A stretch of DNA of 64,000 nucleotides, from contig CDRNST010000030.1 in the NCBI GenBank assembly GCA_977016875.1, positions 310,001-374,000 on the forward strand, read 5' to 3'. This stretch comes from Pavona decussata (taxonomy: Eukaryota). The notes beneath the pieces were generated by a model. It had not been told where the DNA came from, made no database searches, and worked only from the letters and a program-made list of their open reading frames with translations. The position numbers and the translations under genes are program-made. This document shows positions 1 to 13,909 of this stretch, piece by piece; position 1 is the stretch's first letter, and each line of letters opens with the position of its first letter.

Positions 1-683
1 CAGAACCCAACAGTCAAGGCACATCTATTTAGTAAATACTTTTCTTAGTTTTGTATTAACATTAACGTATTTACAGTATTATAATATAATTTCCTGAGTT
101 CCTTTTTAGTATCTTACAACGTTTGTAAGAACGACGACCCACTGTATGATGCTTTGTTGTTAATTCCGAAATGGCTCCTATCTTCATTTTTGGTTAACTC
201 AAAGTCTTTCCTCTTTCCTGGTGTTTTCATTTTACCGACAAATTTAAAACCAACTTTCAAGCCTTTGTCTCCTAGACTCGATCATAGAGTCACAAGTAAT
301 GTTCCTTGCGTATTTGAGTCTGTGGATGATATCAAAGTCCTAAGGACTGCCTGGCTGTTCTGGTGAAAGCTTTTAACAGTACTTTCTGACGGCTCTGTGT
401 GTTAAAGAATGTTTTCCAAAAATTAATTTCAAATTCAGTTCGCGAACCCTACAGAGCGCAACAAATTCTTTTTTCGGTCAGACAGGCAGCGCTTTTTTCT
501 ATTTCCTCGTTCTTCTCCTTTAGCATCATAAGGCGGTTGCTTGTGTGGAGGCGTCACGTGATCGAGTTTAACCAATGATCGCATTTGTCTGCAGAGTTTT
601 ATTTATTTTGAGTTAAGTTTTATTTATTTTTATTATTATTATTTTTATTTTTATTTTGAGTTGAGTTTTATTTATCTTTTGAG

Positions 684-3123
684 TTAAAAGTAATGAGTGG
701 TCAGACGCTTTGAGCGTCTTATGTTTAATCTTTTGTCTTCTTTTTCCGAAAGACAGTGAATACTTTCTGGGCAGCTGCTGGTATATCCGTCAAGAGACCT
801 AACCTGGTTACCAATAGCAACAGTGTCCTCACACCGCACAGTTGCCTCGGTAAAGGATGTACTCCTGTTCCAGCCGCGCATGCCGTAAGTATCTTTGCAG
901 TAGACTTTGAGCCTGTTACAAGTGAAAGATGATCGCTGATCCAGATCAACCTCTCGGTCTTCCTCTTTCAGTGATTGTAATTTGTACGTTTGCTCCGTGA
1001 ACGTACGAAGCCTACGACCTCTTCCAGAGTGATTTCCATTCCACGCTCTGTCACCCTGTTCATCCTCGCTCGATTCTGGATGTTTTAAGTGCCTAGGTCT
1101 GATTGTGATCACCTTTCCGTTCTCCATCGCTTGTGCGTTCCGTGATCGCACCCTGGTTACTCTGTCTATCTCGCTACAGTCGGTGTCAGATGATTCGTGA
1201 CCGTGTCGGACAAAGCTTGTGCCGTACGCCCAAGACAAGCTTGGCATTTTCCTTGACTTCGGCAACGAGTCGTGACCTGAATATACTTTGTTCACCCGCT
1301 TAGGACTTGAAGAATTTCCGACCGTTAAAATTCTCCTTCCTCCACCTCCGTCAGGGTACTCGACCATAGAGTCATGTAAGCCTTTAGCGAGGCCGTGTTT
1401 TGGCAACGCGACGCCTTCGTCTGGTGGTGGAATGTTCTTGGATGTAGCGACATTCTCAAGATCATTCGATACCTTTTCTCGTGATCGTGCATTCCAAGTG
1501 TGATACACGTGACTGTAATGAAGTTGAGGCACAGTCAGTAGATTTGAATCGAGGGATTTATTTGCATGGCCTAAATAGCGATCTTCCCAGGCTTTAATTG
1601 GAGTTTGATTAAGCTCCCTTGCTGATTTGTAGACATCTTGGTAACAGCTCTCTCTATTTACCATGGGCACATGCAGATTGCATTTGCTGTGTCGCTGTTG
1701 GTCTTTGCCGGATGCACGTACATTCTTAGAACAGCTAGCTGGCGACTGACACGAAAAGCCATCTTTATCTCTGACTTGTGCCACGGTGCTGAACTTTGAT
1801 TGCTCATCAGGTCCCTTCATTGTTTTGTCGCGACAGTTTCGGAACCTAGACTTAAAGCCTGCTCCAAAAATGTACGCTATTACAATAAAAACCAATAGCA
1901 GACCAACTGCAAGTGCTATTGCAATAGGATAAGCTCTATCAAAGTGGGAAGTGCCTCTTGCCTGTGGAATGGTATCAGGAGTGAGTTTTTCAAGGATCCC
2001 ACCTGATGAATTTGAGCTTCCATTTAATTTACCAGGTGGTGTTGTCGACATTTCGTGAGCCTTACTATGAAACGACTCGGTAAAGGCATATGCATCCGTA
2101 GTAGGACTTAAGAGAGTTCGGTTTTCCTGCTTCTGCTCAATTAGGCTTGGTTTGTCTTTGTTGGATACCTCATGGCAGGTTCCTACTGAAATCCCTTTAG
2201 AGGGATCATGACGGCTAAAGTTTATAGGATCATTGTTCACATACACATCTCGCAAACATCCAGTAAAGCTTGGGTATTTGCGAGCACTACGGCCGAACCG
2301 TATGGTATTGTAATACTCTTCTGTATTCTCAGGGACTATGCAAAACAATTTGTTTGTTAGCTTGTAACTCGACATCATGACCAACTCCTCGTCAATGCGT
2401 AGAATAATTCCAACTTTCTCAGCAACAATAAATGCAACTTTATGCCATAGATTGTTAGCAAGAAATGTTTCTCTGGAAACTAAAATAATCAAATTTCCTT
2501 TTTGTGTGTTTGGATCTTCAAATCTCACAGTCACCTTTATTTTTCCTTCTTCAAGGAAAAACAAAGCTGTAAACATTTGATTCATTATCTTCCCAACAAA
2601 CGCGCGAGACTCCCGGGTTCTAATTTGAAATTCAAATGACACATTACACCTGAAATTATCCCTTTTACTAAAAAGTACTTTAGAATTCTTATCAGATATC
2701 GAAACAATAAAATCCTTGCTTTCCGCACAACTTTCAAAAACGTCTCCAAAATGCTGCGCATGTGCTGTATTAAGCCGCTGTACTTGACCACGCGAAGACA
2801 CAAAATTCATTTCCAGGTCCTCAATGCATCCTGAAAAATTCAACACCTCGGGGAAACAGGTTGCGTTTCTATCGAGCTCTGGATACTGCCTTGAGTCAGG
2901 AAGACCGGCGAGGTATAACACTCCATCAGACTTGCTTGAGAAACCTCTGACTTTGATTTTCGTTGAATGTCTATCCACTTGGCATTTAATGATATTGTTG
3001 GTCTCATCTCGAGTGACGTGTATCCCCAGCTTATGCCATTTTCCGTCCGCAAATGATTGGTCTGCAGCAACAGCGCCAACTTGCCATGTGGAAGGGAAAT
3101 TGCAGTTGTTGATGAATATGCAC
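684..3123 (-). CDS. Gene A exon 2 (terminal): laminin-G (x2) type I membrane protein, CNTNAP/neurexin-like
   Basis: Acceptor ttgttttacgtcacgctgccAG|G TGC ATA TTC extends the 764-aa ORF upstream in frame (RCIFINN...SFADGKWHKL...VDRHS). LamG motifs FADGKWH, LYLAG, FSGCI, IRT, LANNLWH, FTGCLRDV; S/T/P stalk; TM segment PIAIALAVGLLLVFIVIAYIFG; about 390-aa cytoplasmic tail; stop TAA at 686-684. Confidence 0.9.
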
Positions 3124-3446
3124 CTGGCAGCGTGACGTAAAACAATAACAAGGGATTTAGTACGTTGCTGACAGAAACAGTCAAACCAGTTTAGGAAAGA
3201 AAACTTAACATCTTCAGATTTCGACCCAGCTGAGAGAACTATATTGCCTCCTTACCTACGTGTACACGTCCCCATCTACCTGGAGAAAACGTGGGTGAGC
3301 AAAGTATACACAGACTAATTGGTTCCTTATATATGTATATATTGGAATTAAAAATAACATACCCTTTGGTTTAAAGAAAGTATAGAACGGACGAGAAAAG
3401 GAAAGAAAAACGACTGAATGAAGTAACAAAAGAACAAAAGTAACGA

Positions 3447-3593
3447 NNNNNNNNNNNNNNNNNNNNNNNNNNNNNNNNNNNNNNNNNNNNNNNNNNNNNN
3501 NNNNNNNNNNNNNNNNNNNNNNNNNNNNNNNNNNNNNNNNNNNNNNNNNNNNNNNNNNNNNNNNNNNNNNNNNNNNNNNNNNNNNNNNNNNNN
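3447..3593. other. Assembly gap (N run)
   Basis: 147 Ns. Confidence 1.
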
Positions 3594-5725
3594 AATCAAT
3601 AAAAGGACACAATAAGGGTATAACCGAAATCGGAGGGGGTAGATGTAATTGCATAAAGCAGAGGGAGGAATGGGAAAAACAGAATAGCCAGTTTCCTCTT
3701 GGCCACCTTTCTCAGTGCTGAAGCAAACACTCGCTACGTACGTTTCAGCTCTTTACTTTATTTTTCTCTAACTGAGACGCGCATGGAGACAGCACTGTAA
3801 GATTGACAGTCGGTTGTCCGGCTAGTTCCAAGCTTCCCCGTATTAGAGGAAGCCGGTAGACACGTGCGTCGTACCCTGGCACGTTCTATAAGTTTTCGGA
3901 TCGAGACGAAACTTCGTAACGAATTTTTAAAGCAAGCAGAGGAAGTTCTCTCTAATGTATGTTTTTTCATTATCATCGTCATCAGTAACTTTAATGCGTT
4001 CAGTCTTCTGTAAACTCCATCGCAAAAACTATATATATTGATAAGGAAAGAAAGAAAAGAAGGAAGGAAGGAAGGAAGGAATTAAGGAGGAAAGCGACAC
4101 TAATTAACTTACAGGGAAACGTGGTGCCGGGCTCGATCATTTACTAAGTTCTATATACTTTTATCCTGCTGAGGACAATCGCGTCCCTGAATTCAGACGG
4201 CTATATAGTATAGGTCCTCTAAAGCGTGTAAAAACGTTCAAACTGTATTTCCCTAACTAAAGCGTCCTTGTTATTTTGAAAAGAAACTCAGTTTATGCCG
4301 GTCACAATAGACAAACAAAAAGTCCCACACTTTAAATAGCTGGGTCACAATTAACGCGTGCTCAGAAACAATGAAACAAATCTTGTTGTAATTCATTTTA
4401 CTGGCTATATAACAATTGCAAATATCACTCATTTTTGTTAGAATGTTTCGCTTCAACGGTCTTGACCACGTGTCTTAATATTGATTGCTGTTGACCCTCC
4501 AACAGAAAACAAAGCTCAAAAGCGTTCAAATGTTTGGAATACAGTGATGTTTGGACGGATTCGACGAATATAGGACATCAAAATCGAATCGCTTGACAAA
4601 CAACGTTCTATTAAAAATTCACTGAAAACTAAATACGGCCACTGAATTAACCTCCATTCACATGCATCATCGCTAGAAATGCGCCAGACTTTCGTACTGT
4701 TTTATTCCATATTTAGCGCCTCTCATGATCTTCGGGGACTAAAAATTAATGAGAAGAAAGAGAGTCAAAGGGCCGACGAAATCGGTGGAAACAAAATTTT
4801 AACAACCGAAGACGCTGTCAAAGTCTTCCTGAAGCCAAGTCTTGTTCGCACAGTTTCACCCCGCGGCGTCCAAAGCTTTCCTCCTCTTCTTCTCCGGCTG
4901 GGTTCCCGAGATTGAGGTAATCTGCAGTGTTCTACTTGTAATAATGACTTTAGAATTATCGTGAGTCAGAAACCGAAAGCGTACGGCTCTTACACTGATT
5001 TGTCATTCATAGTTGCCAGCCGAGGGTGGTTCTTAGTGGTTCTTAGACCCACTAGAGAGATCTTGAAACAACTTTTATTCATGCGCCAATATTCCTCACT
5101 ATTTTTTTAATATGACTAATAAATCGTGATAACCAGAATGAACAAGCGTGAAGCATGCTCTGGCAGTGAGTTTAAAATAAAACTAAATCTTGATCACCGC
5201 CACAGTCCCCGGCATAGTTTTATACGCCGACTGCTAGTTGCAAACAAACAATTCTTCCTGTTGGTATTTTATCAGCACTATCGATCGAATAAACTTGCAT
5301 GACTCGAACATCGACTCTGAAAATGAACTTTTGTTGATGGTGTTTGGAATCCAGTACCGTACACTCCCCTTACTCGATTAGGTTTGCGGTGAGCAAGTGC
5401 CGCCCAGCCCTCCAAATTGGAACCCCTTTTAGAAAGATTTTTCGTTGCTTTGATTTAAAACATCAGATACATCATACACAATCGACAGAACCGTTTACTG
5501 AAATTATACGTTTGTATGTGGTGAATTTTATTAATAAAAAGAACCAAGCAAAAGGTGATCACTCACACCACTATGGCGTGGGCCATGCGCGTGTCAGTGA
5601 ACAGGTTCCTATTTTCAACCGGGTGAGTCAATTTACACGTTACAATTTGTCAGCCGATTATTTTTTCTGTCGGTGTAGCGCGTGGTGAAATTGGCCTGAT
5701 TAAGGAAATATGAAGCACTTCCACT

Positions 5726-5731
<6 letters not shown>

Positions 5732-5769
<38 letters not shown>
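5732..5769. repeat. (AT)n microsatellite
   Basis: Direct reading. Confidence 0.95.
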
Positions 5770-5772
<3 letters not shown>

Positions 5773-5967
5773 AATCTGCCGATTTTCGTCAGCTCATTCA
5801 TGTTTATATGGTATTCTAACAGTTTCCTTGCACACTGAACAAGGATTACATACCCAAAACATCTGGGGATTTTTTAAATACATTTCTAAACATTTCTGAC
5901 ACTTCTTGACATTTATTGCAATATCAACCCTACCACTAATACAATTACAGGTGTTACGCATCACTAA

Positions 5968-6183
5968 AGTCTGGTTTTATTTTCACTAGCGACGCAAGCA
6001 CAAGTACAAGCTCAAGCATAAGAGTTATGCCATGTAAGCACGGGCACAAGGAAAAGGAAACATTTTGATCCTTGCTCTTGTGCTTGCGCTTATGCTTGCG
6101 TCGAGGCCGTTTTCACGGTGAAATGAGCATTCTTATGCTTGTGCTTGTGCTTGCGCACATGCGTCGCTAGTGAAAACCAGGCT
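5968..6183. mobile_element. Harbinger/PIF-type MITE
   Basis: TIR AGTCTGGTTTT(ATTTT)CACTAGCGACGC / GCGTCGCTAGTGAAAACCAGGCT with internal GCACAA/TTGTGC repeats; flanks TAA/TAT. A decayed relative lies near 43470-43545. Confidence 0.7.
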
Positions 6184-9100
6184 TATATAACGAAATATCG
6201 CGTTCACCGTCCACTAGTTTATGATAGTCTACTATGTACAGCCCATAGGGTTCAGCACTGGTAGATGGCTCACGATAGTGATTTAAGAAGCACAGTTTAA
6301 ATCTTCCACGTGCTTACAATATTACACCCCGATACTCCAAAATGGCAGAATGGGGACCACATCTGGCGCGACACTTACAGCATAGGCGGATGACTCCAGA
6401 GGGTATCCGCGGATAGTTTGAGTTATGTCTGAAACTAGGACGCATTATTTAGGTACTGTTTGGTTTCATTGTCTTTGAAGAAACTTCGGCAGACTTAGTC
6501 ATCATCAAGATGAGAACTTTAGGATGTCAGTGCAGTATGAAAATAATCAGGAAAAGCACAAAAATTAGCATAAAACTCAGCTGAAACATTGAATCGCTTT
6601 TATGCTCTTAGGCCGGCAGACAGCTGGTTTTCAAGTCTCTTAAGGTAATGACAAAATTTTGACCGGTGACCTTCAAAACTAAAACAATGCAACATAGTGT
6701 ATCAATGTTAAAGAGCTAACCCTTCAAAAAACAATTTTGTACTGGCTATGGTCGTCAAGACTCCTGGATATATACTGATCACACACGCATTTCAATTAAT
6801 GAAAATATGCCAGGCTAACACTAAAAAATAACTATTGCAACCTTCGGAGACTGATGTTTTGATTCAAACTGTAACTTGTATCAAAAGCGGGTTGGGCGGC
6901 GCGTGGCCGGTTACCCACGCCGCGTTATCGACTCTCGCGTCCTTTTACTCGCATCCAGCTGTGACCAACACGCCGCATCGAGAGCAATTCAAACACGAGA
7001 CTTTCAGCGTTTGACGCTTGGATGCTTCCGGTGCTCGTGATACAAATCTGTTGTCATTCTATCTGATAAAAGCAATTGAAAGAAGAAAAAAAGTGGCCAG
7101 CGACAGATCGTTTGTCATTTACAGCACGTGGCTGCATTCCAGAACAATCGATGATAGGTCGCAAAAACGTTTGACATACTTGATGTTTTTCTATCCCTTT
7201 TACACGTGTTCAAAAATATTTTTTAAAACTTTTATTTTTAATAGACAATAACAAATTACTCGCTGCAGTGTTTACTATGTTGTCGCATTTAAAATTAATC
7301 TTGCAGTTACTTCTGGTCTTGTTTTAAAAATGACTCAGTAACACCGTTTGCATTCATGTGCTTCATCAACAATCACTACGCCGGCAGGTGAGAACCGAGT
7401 AAAAGAAACAATGATAAATAGAAGGTATTATAGAAGTCAGATTGGAGGTGCAAAATAAATAAAAGATTTTCCTTCCAGAAATAAATTATATTGTTTTTCG
7501 CAAATATACTTTTTTTATTGTTGCGTACCTATAACATGGCCGCCGTGAAAACGCTCTATACATTACAGTTTTTTACTGGTTCAAAATTGCGTTACACTAC
7601 TTAAGCTAGGTTTTGGTGAAGAGTCCTTGCTTAAGATTCTAGGGAAAACGGGCAATTGGCGATAATTCTAAGGATAAGACAAAACTGACTGCCAAAATAT
7701 CGTAAAGAATAGTGGATAATCAACACTTTCCATTTGCCCGAACTGGCCGGAGATATCGAAATGGATCAAAACGTAATGCTCCAATTTGAACGACAGTTTA
7801 TATACCTCTTGTTTGAATTCCTTTTAAATCGCACACGTTGCCCTCGTAACAAGTCCTCCCTCAAGAATTTTGTTCTGCAAACCTTTCCTTCTAATGACAA
7901 CTTCAAATCAGTTTTACATCCCTAGCCTAATAGCGGCCGATCTGGCGTGGTGAACAAAAAAAATCGATCAACTCGATTGTATGGATAATATACGAGTCTC
8001 GTTTAACTTTTGAATTCATTTTGTTTCATTTAGATAGCTCTTAATTGTAACTAGATTTACATGCGTCTAGTAAACACGACTTTTTAGTATCATATGCATG
8101 GTGTCTTAGCACCTTTTTTTGTCGCAAAACAGTCGAGGTACAATCGTGTTAGTTTTTGTTTCAGGAGGTTATTCATTTAGTGATATTTGGCCAATTAGGG
8201 AACTATAATGTTATTATAAATATTCAAAACACAATTTTGCCATGCACCACCAGCTAGCGAACCAAAGTTACCAGTGTTTTGTTGTTCAAACAGGTGGCGG
8301 CAAGACAGGTAGACTTGTTTACAAGACACGAGTTATTAAATTCTCATTTTCAAGCAAATAAACTGGTATCATTAAACCATTATCGCACTCGTTCCAAATT
8401 TACCGTACAAAAGAGAACTCTTTCGCCCTTATTGCATGTGGTTTCAGTGCGTTCTTGATTTGAGAAACAGAGTAACTATCGAAGTAATAAATACGTGAAA
8501 CCTATACGCACAATTTTCCCATTGAAATCGGGCTTGAAGCCCGTAATAAATCCAGTTGTCGTTCCAAGTATTCAATGTTCTGTGCCTACACAGAACGCGC
8601 TGCCTTATTTGTCAGTCGCTTGATTTCTAGTCAACCAAAGCTGTGACAAAATGTGATAAATGATTGATGATCGGTTATAGAACAAATTAAGTTCTTTGTG
8701 TCGCTTTTTTAATTAGTAGAAACGAGTGTGATGTCCCAATCAATTTAATATGCCCGACTTATAATTAAATTGCCTTAGTAACAGACAGTCACTCTTTCAT
8801 TTTAACTGCGAGCCAGTAAATTTTTTCACTGTCTGTCGTAACTGAGTTGTCAGTAATACATCGTTATGGTAACAATCTGTTTATACTTCTGAGTCGTTCT
8901 AATGTGAGAAGGGTCTTAATTTTGACCATGTTTTCAGTGGGGTTTTAGTTTTGACCATTTTTTTGGTTTTAAGATCTAGGGTATGCATTGCCTGCTGTCC
9001 CTGTCAAATAGAGCAGTGTTGATTTCTGCTTGAAAACGTTGGAGAATCGGTGGCCGTTTGAGATGTCCAGTGGTAAAAGATTAAGACTGTAAACAGTACC

Positions 9101-11699
9101 TGAAGGTAAACGAGTTATTTGCACACCAGGCTCGAGATCGCGGCGGAAGTCTACTGACTTACTTTTGCCGTTTTGATCTGAAAGAAGGAGAAAGCTTTTA
9201 ATTTGGTGTTCTGGTCTAAAATCGTTACAAAAGCGTACTATTTACACCGAAATAGATTTAAGGTTTTACTGCAGTTTTGCGGCCCACACCGCAACCAAAA
9301 TTTCTTGGATGTGCAAAAAAGATGGACACAAGCCGTTAACAAATAAAATGGCTATAAAAGACATTCCGCTATATCGTTATTGTTTTGTCTAGCTTTTAGC
9401 TGCATGGACACTGATTTTTTTTCCCTGTCGCATCTGTTTACCTGCAGCTGGTAGCTAAAACTGAAAACCATAAGCGACGCCCCAAGTTTCGTTCTGTCAT
9501 GCATGTCTACCATATGGTGCAAGTAGGAGAGGAGGAACAATTTACTTATTTATTTTATTATTTTATTTTATTTTTGGCGGCGGCCGGACTTTACAATAAT
9601 TAAACACAATGCTTACAAAATGACCACAAGTAGCGAGAATAATTTTGTTACAATTTATGTAACTAAAACGTATCGTAGTGCTAAAATATTCATATGACAT
9701 GTCTCTCAAAACAGTGATCTGATAGCTCAAAGGAACGTGGCGTTCTATTTTAAATATCACAAGCTTATGTTCTCCAAATCCACTTTTTTCAACAAATTTA
9801 TAAGAGTTAATCATGCATTGTTTGTTTGGCGGATGCCACTGTTAGCAGTCAAAGCTAGTTTAAGGGAAACATGTTACAAAAAAGATTTGTCGGGCTTCAT
9901 GTCCGTTACCCTGTCGGAACCAGCTGTTTCCCGTTCTTTTTTTTTTTTGAGGGGGGGGGGGGGGGGGTGGAGGGGGGTAGGGGGTCGTCTATCCGGTATG
10001 ATGACACTTTGATCGTGCGTAGTTGAGCGCGCGAAAAACGCTTCTACCGTCCTATGAATTCTGTAAGGGAACGTTGCCCATTTCTTTTTCCCGACCGATA
10101 AATACACACGCAAGCACTGCTCAATAAGGGATTTTACAATGTGCTTTTACTTTCTTGCGGCTTCAGTCAACCCTCCCGATCATGAAGCATACGTTTTCCC
10201 GTCCTTGTTGCCGTACATGATTTTGTATTGCTCTGTATGCACAAGTTAAGTTTTATTACAACACTGTACAATTTTCCCCGTGTGCGGGCGGCTCGCCGTT
10301 TCCGCTGCTTAATTTTGGAGTTTCCCGGGAGGAAATACTTGTGAGGTCACCAGTTTTCCCTTTACCGACCAACTGTTGATTCACTTTGTAAGGACTTGAA
10401 TTCCATGAAGATTTAGAGACTGCTAATTTTAGCGATTCTACTAAAGCGAAGTTTTTTTTGTGTGTGTGTGTGTGTGTTTTTTTCCATAGTCCACGTTTTT
10501 AAAAATTTAAATTTAGCTTGAGTACCTAAATCAGAAATTACTTATCGAAGGGCTAAACTCGTGTAATTAAGGTAAAAGGAATTGTTCGCCAATCGGCGAC
10601 ACCCGATAGACGCGTAAAATCGTGGTAAAACGGTTTGAATGCGTGAGTTAAGATTCTGGCTAGTGTCACGGATATACTGAATAAATTTCACACTTCTGCG
10701 CAGGCAAGCTAGGTAGGCGGTCTTCTTTTTCAGTTAGTACAGTTATCTATTGGTAATATACCGACCGTAAATCTTGTTCCTGTTTTGACTAATGAGACGG
10801 CGTATTTCACTCTATACTTTCTTTTTTGTACGTGTTCTAACGCGCACGTTTCCAGAATAAAACTGTCATTTCGGAGAATGAGAGGGATTCTTCTGGGGAG
10901 GGGAGAGGCTTGATCGAGGGTCCGCGAGGTTCGCGCGCGAGTTTTCACGTTGAGAGAACGCCGTTGCTTTAAAGAGAGGTGTTTTAAAAAAGTAGCTGAT
11001 CGCCAATGCGTCATCAACTAAGTGAAAACGGAATATAGAAACAAATTTACTAAATCACTTTAGCTACTTATGCCCATTTGCTATGTCCGTTACAGAAACT
11101 ATTTCAGGAAAAAACAAATTTAGAATATCATCTCATTAAAAAAGAAAACGATTTAAAAATAAATGTTTCGTCATTTCTCGTTTTAAACTGCAACTCAATA
11201 TCCAATTCTGCGTTGCATGCATCGGAGGAAGAAAATTGTATCTTTCGCACACTAAAACGCCCACGCGTCTGAAACGAGCGATTCTATTGACGATGATTGT
11301 TGGCATACAAGCGGAAGCTTACCGACACGCCTGAATTCACGTTTGATCATTCGATACAAAAGGAAATAAACGCACATTTGCTATGGGCGCAACTTCCTTG
11401 TGTAGCTGGATATTTGGGGATCAGGTTTATGTCGCAAATCGAGTACGTCAAAGTTCTTCGAGTACAATTACGACTTAAAGTGGGTATGCTGAATGTCTGA
11501 AAGACACGGGGGTGAGTCAATAAGTGATTTTATGGACGTGAGTTCATTACTTCCTGTCATACATGTGAACTTCGGATGAAACAGTTGATAACCTCTATTC
11601 TTAGAGTCTGAAATGTCGTCCGTCTCATCCCTCTTGCTCCGTTAGGTGGGACCACGAGAAAGGAGGACGTATTCTCATGGTGCTAGCAGAAAAATGTCC

Positions 11700-11826
11700 T
11701 TAAAAGCCAAGACATTCCTCTTTGGCGATAATTCTCTTTATTCTCATTACCTGTATGTTCGATCAAGCAGTGAGATTGTAAGGAGAATTTAGATGCTGGT
11801 CTCTATTGAAGGCTTAAAGGGATAAT
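11700..11826. mobile_element. Fragment of a piggyBac-like MITE (right end)
   Basis: GTAAGGAGAATTTAGATGCTGGTCTCTATTGAAGGCTTAAAGGGATAA resembles the ...AAAGGG|TTAA end of a common coral MITE (recognition only). Confidence 0.35.
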
Positions 11827-13797
11827 TGTCAGAACCGCGATTTAGCATTAATTAGTTGCTAAAGTAAATTTGAAAATCTACATTGGACTCTTTTTAATCA
11901 GACCAGGATCAAATGCCATAGAAAGTATCCAAAAATAAGACATTTCGAAGAGGAATAATCACCATTTTTCCCGAAAATCAAACACTTTGGGAATCAAACT
12001 GAAGCTATTTCTCAAATTAGCGGTGACCAATGATGGAAAGTTAACATGTTTTGTTAACAGTTACGCGTTTCGTTCCAGTTCCAGTTTCGAATCGTTCGTT
12101 AGAATTGAAAAAACGAAAGACAGAGACTTTGTGAAACAAATTATCAAGTACACCCAAGCATAAATGATAACCGCTTAAAACACTCAGCCGACACGCGTGC
12201 CTTTCTTTCCGAGTAATCAAAGAAGTAATCGCTAACAGTAAATAGCATTTGGTAAGAACAGTGTGTCGATCAAGCCATTCTCTTGGCGGCAAACATAAAC
12301 ACGTGCGGCACACTCACAGTGGCGTAGTCAAACAATGCTCGATACAATTGGAAGATAAATTTATTATTATAAACGGCGGTCCAGATATTAAACTCGGGAC
12401 TTAGTGAATAATGACCAATAATAACGCTATAGGCTGCGCGCAGTTAACAAGTACTTGCGAGTTTCTTCGAGAAGCGAAGTTGTTATGACTGTTTCAACAC
12501 CGCTGCTAGTTGTGCTCGCAGCCCGCTCTATAGTTTAAGGTTTGAATGCAAAGCAGATGTCTCCCGCCGCTCGCCGAATACATGATTGCAAAACGAACCG
12601 TTGGAAAAGTTAAAATCATCTCAATCTTATTTGTGGAAATGTTTTCTCAACAAATTTTGGATTGTTTTGTATTTTCCCCATTGTGCATGATTGGCGGGCA
12701 AGAAATATACCGTTAGCTGGAATCGCAAAACGGTTTCTTTTGCCCAAAAAGAAAGAACCAGGATTACCGTTTTAAAACAGGAACAAAGGGTATTTGGGAA
12801 ACAAAGACAGGCCTAAATTATGTTCATTATATTCAAGACCAATAGCGGCAAAAAATATTCGGTGTTCCTCGGTAAAAGGATTTAAGGGCGAATTTAGTTG
12901 AGTAGGAAAATTGGATTATAAAACGTTGCTAATCAGTGCACCTTAAGGGAGATTTCAAATGCGCGTATCTTTACCAAGAAAGCCAATTGATTAGTTTTTG
13001 CTGTCGAACAAAGAAGATTTCTTGTCACATCCCAAGCTTTTGTTCACAAACCATCTTCCAGGTGCCATAATTCTTTTTTCTTATTTGAGATTTTTGTTTC
13101 CTTTGTAGACAAATTGATGAAAGAAATAATATAAAATAAACGAGAACACCAAGTATCGAACTTAGGAAATTTGGACGATTTAAAGCGATATTGAATGCAT
13201 TAAGACTAAGTTAGCGAACGTAGCTTTTATAAGATGCACGAAAGAGCGTCGTTTGGAGTAAAGACCATTGTTTCACTAATAAAACCGAACCACATGACAT
13301 GGGCCTTCCAACCGGGAACAAGCGTCCATAACTTCCGTTCTATGCTCTACCTCCCGTCTAAGGCTACAATCACAAGCGCTACGGCTATTTCAAACCGAAA
13401 TCCTTAACTAAAATGGAGATTTTTTTTTTTTTTTCAATTTGGATCCCTTTGCTCATACGTCGCGACTCCACGTGCCTTGGAGTGCGTGTAATGGTCACGT
13501 GTCTAAATGTATTGTTTAGTCTGGCACGCGAACGGCTCGCGAGGCAGGTGCAAGAAACAAACATATGTTTTGAGCAATATCGTGTGTGGCACGCGCCTGC
13601 TTTTTTGTTGTTAGCAAACAAGTGATTCCTCGAGGGACTCCAAAACAAAGCTCTCTGTTTCTTTGATTGCGCAGAATAATGCTCTTACAATGTGTCAAAT
13701 GAGCGGCGAAAGGAAATTATGCTCTTTCAATCGGAAACAATAGCCACGCAACAGTGAACACCCTTCACGGCTTGAGTTACCGCTGGGCTGGGCTGGA

Positions 13798-13832
13798 TAT
13801 AAAAGCGGCACGCTTGGCACTTGCCATTCAGT
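13798..13832 (+). promoter_or_regulatory. TATA box and Inr of the Rab gene
   Basis: TATAAAAG at 13798-13805 and TCAGT at 13828-13832; the A at +1 is 32 bp from the first T of the TATA box, which is canonical spacing. Confidence 0.7.
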
Positions 13833-13909
13833 AACTCACTGAACACGAAGTGAGCGCGTCGCTGAAAAACAGGCTGAGCAGATTTGCTGAATTGAAAACG
13901 GTAGAGGAC

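Noticed and set aside
115-395. Minus-strand near-open frame after an AG, a possible extra exon of gene A
   Set aside because: It has an internal stop and no recognisable motif, and gene A already terminates at 684.
2840-3184. 114-aa minus ORF overlapping the start of the 764-aa ORF, suggesting a frameshift
   Set aside because: The true frame continues upstream to a splice acceptor at 3124/3123, so this ORF is an alternative-frame shadow.
13850-13909. GTG-initiated N-terminal extension of the Rab
   Set aside because: Eukaryotic gene; the first ATG at 13910 gives a normal Rab N-terminus.
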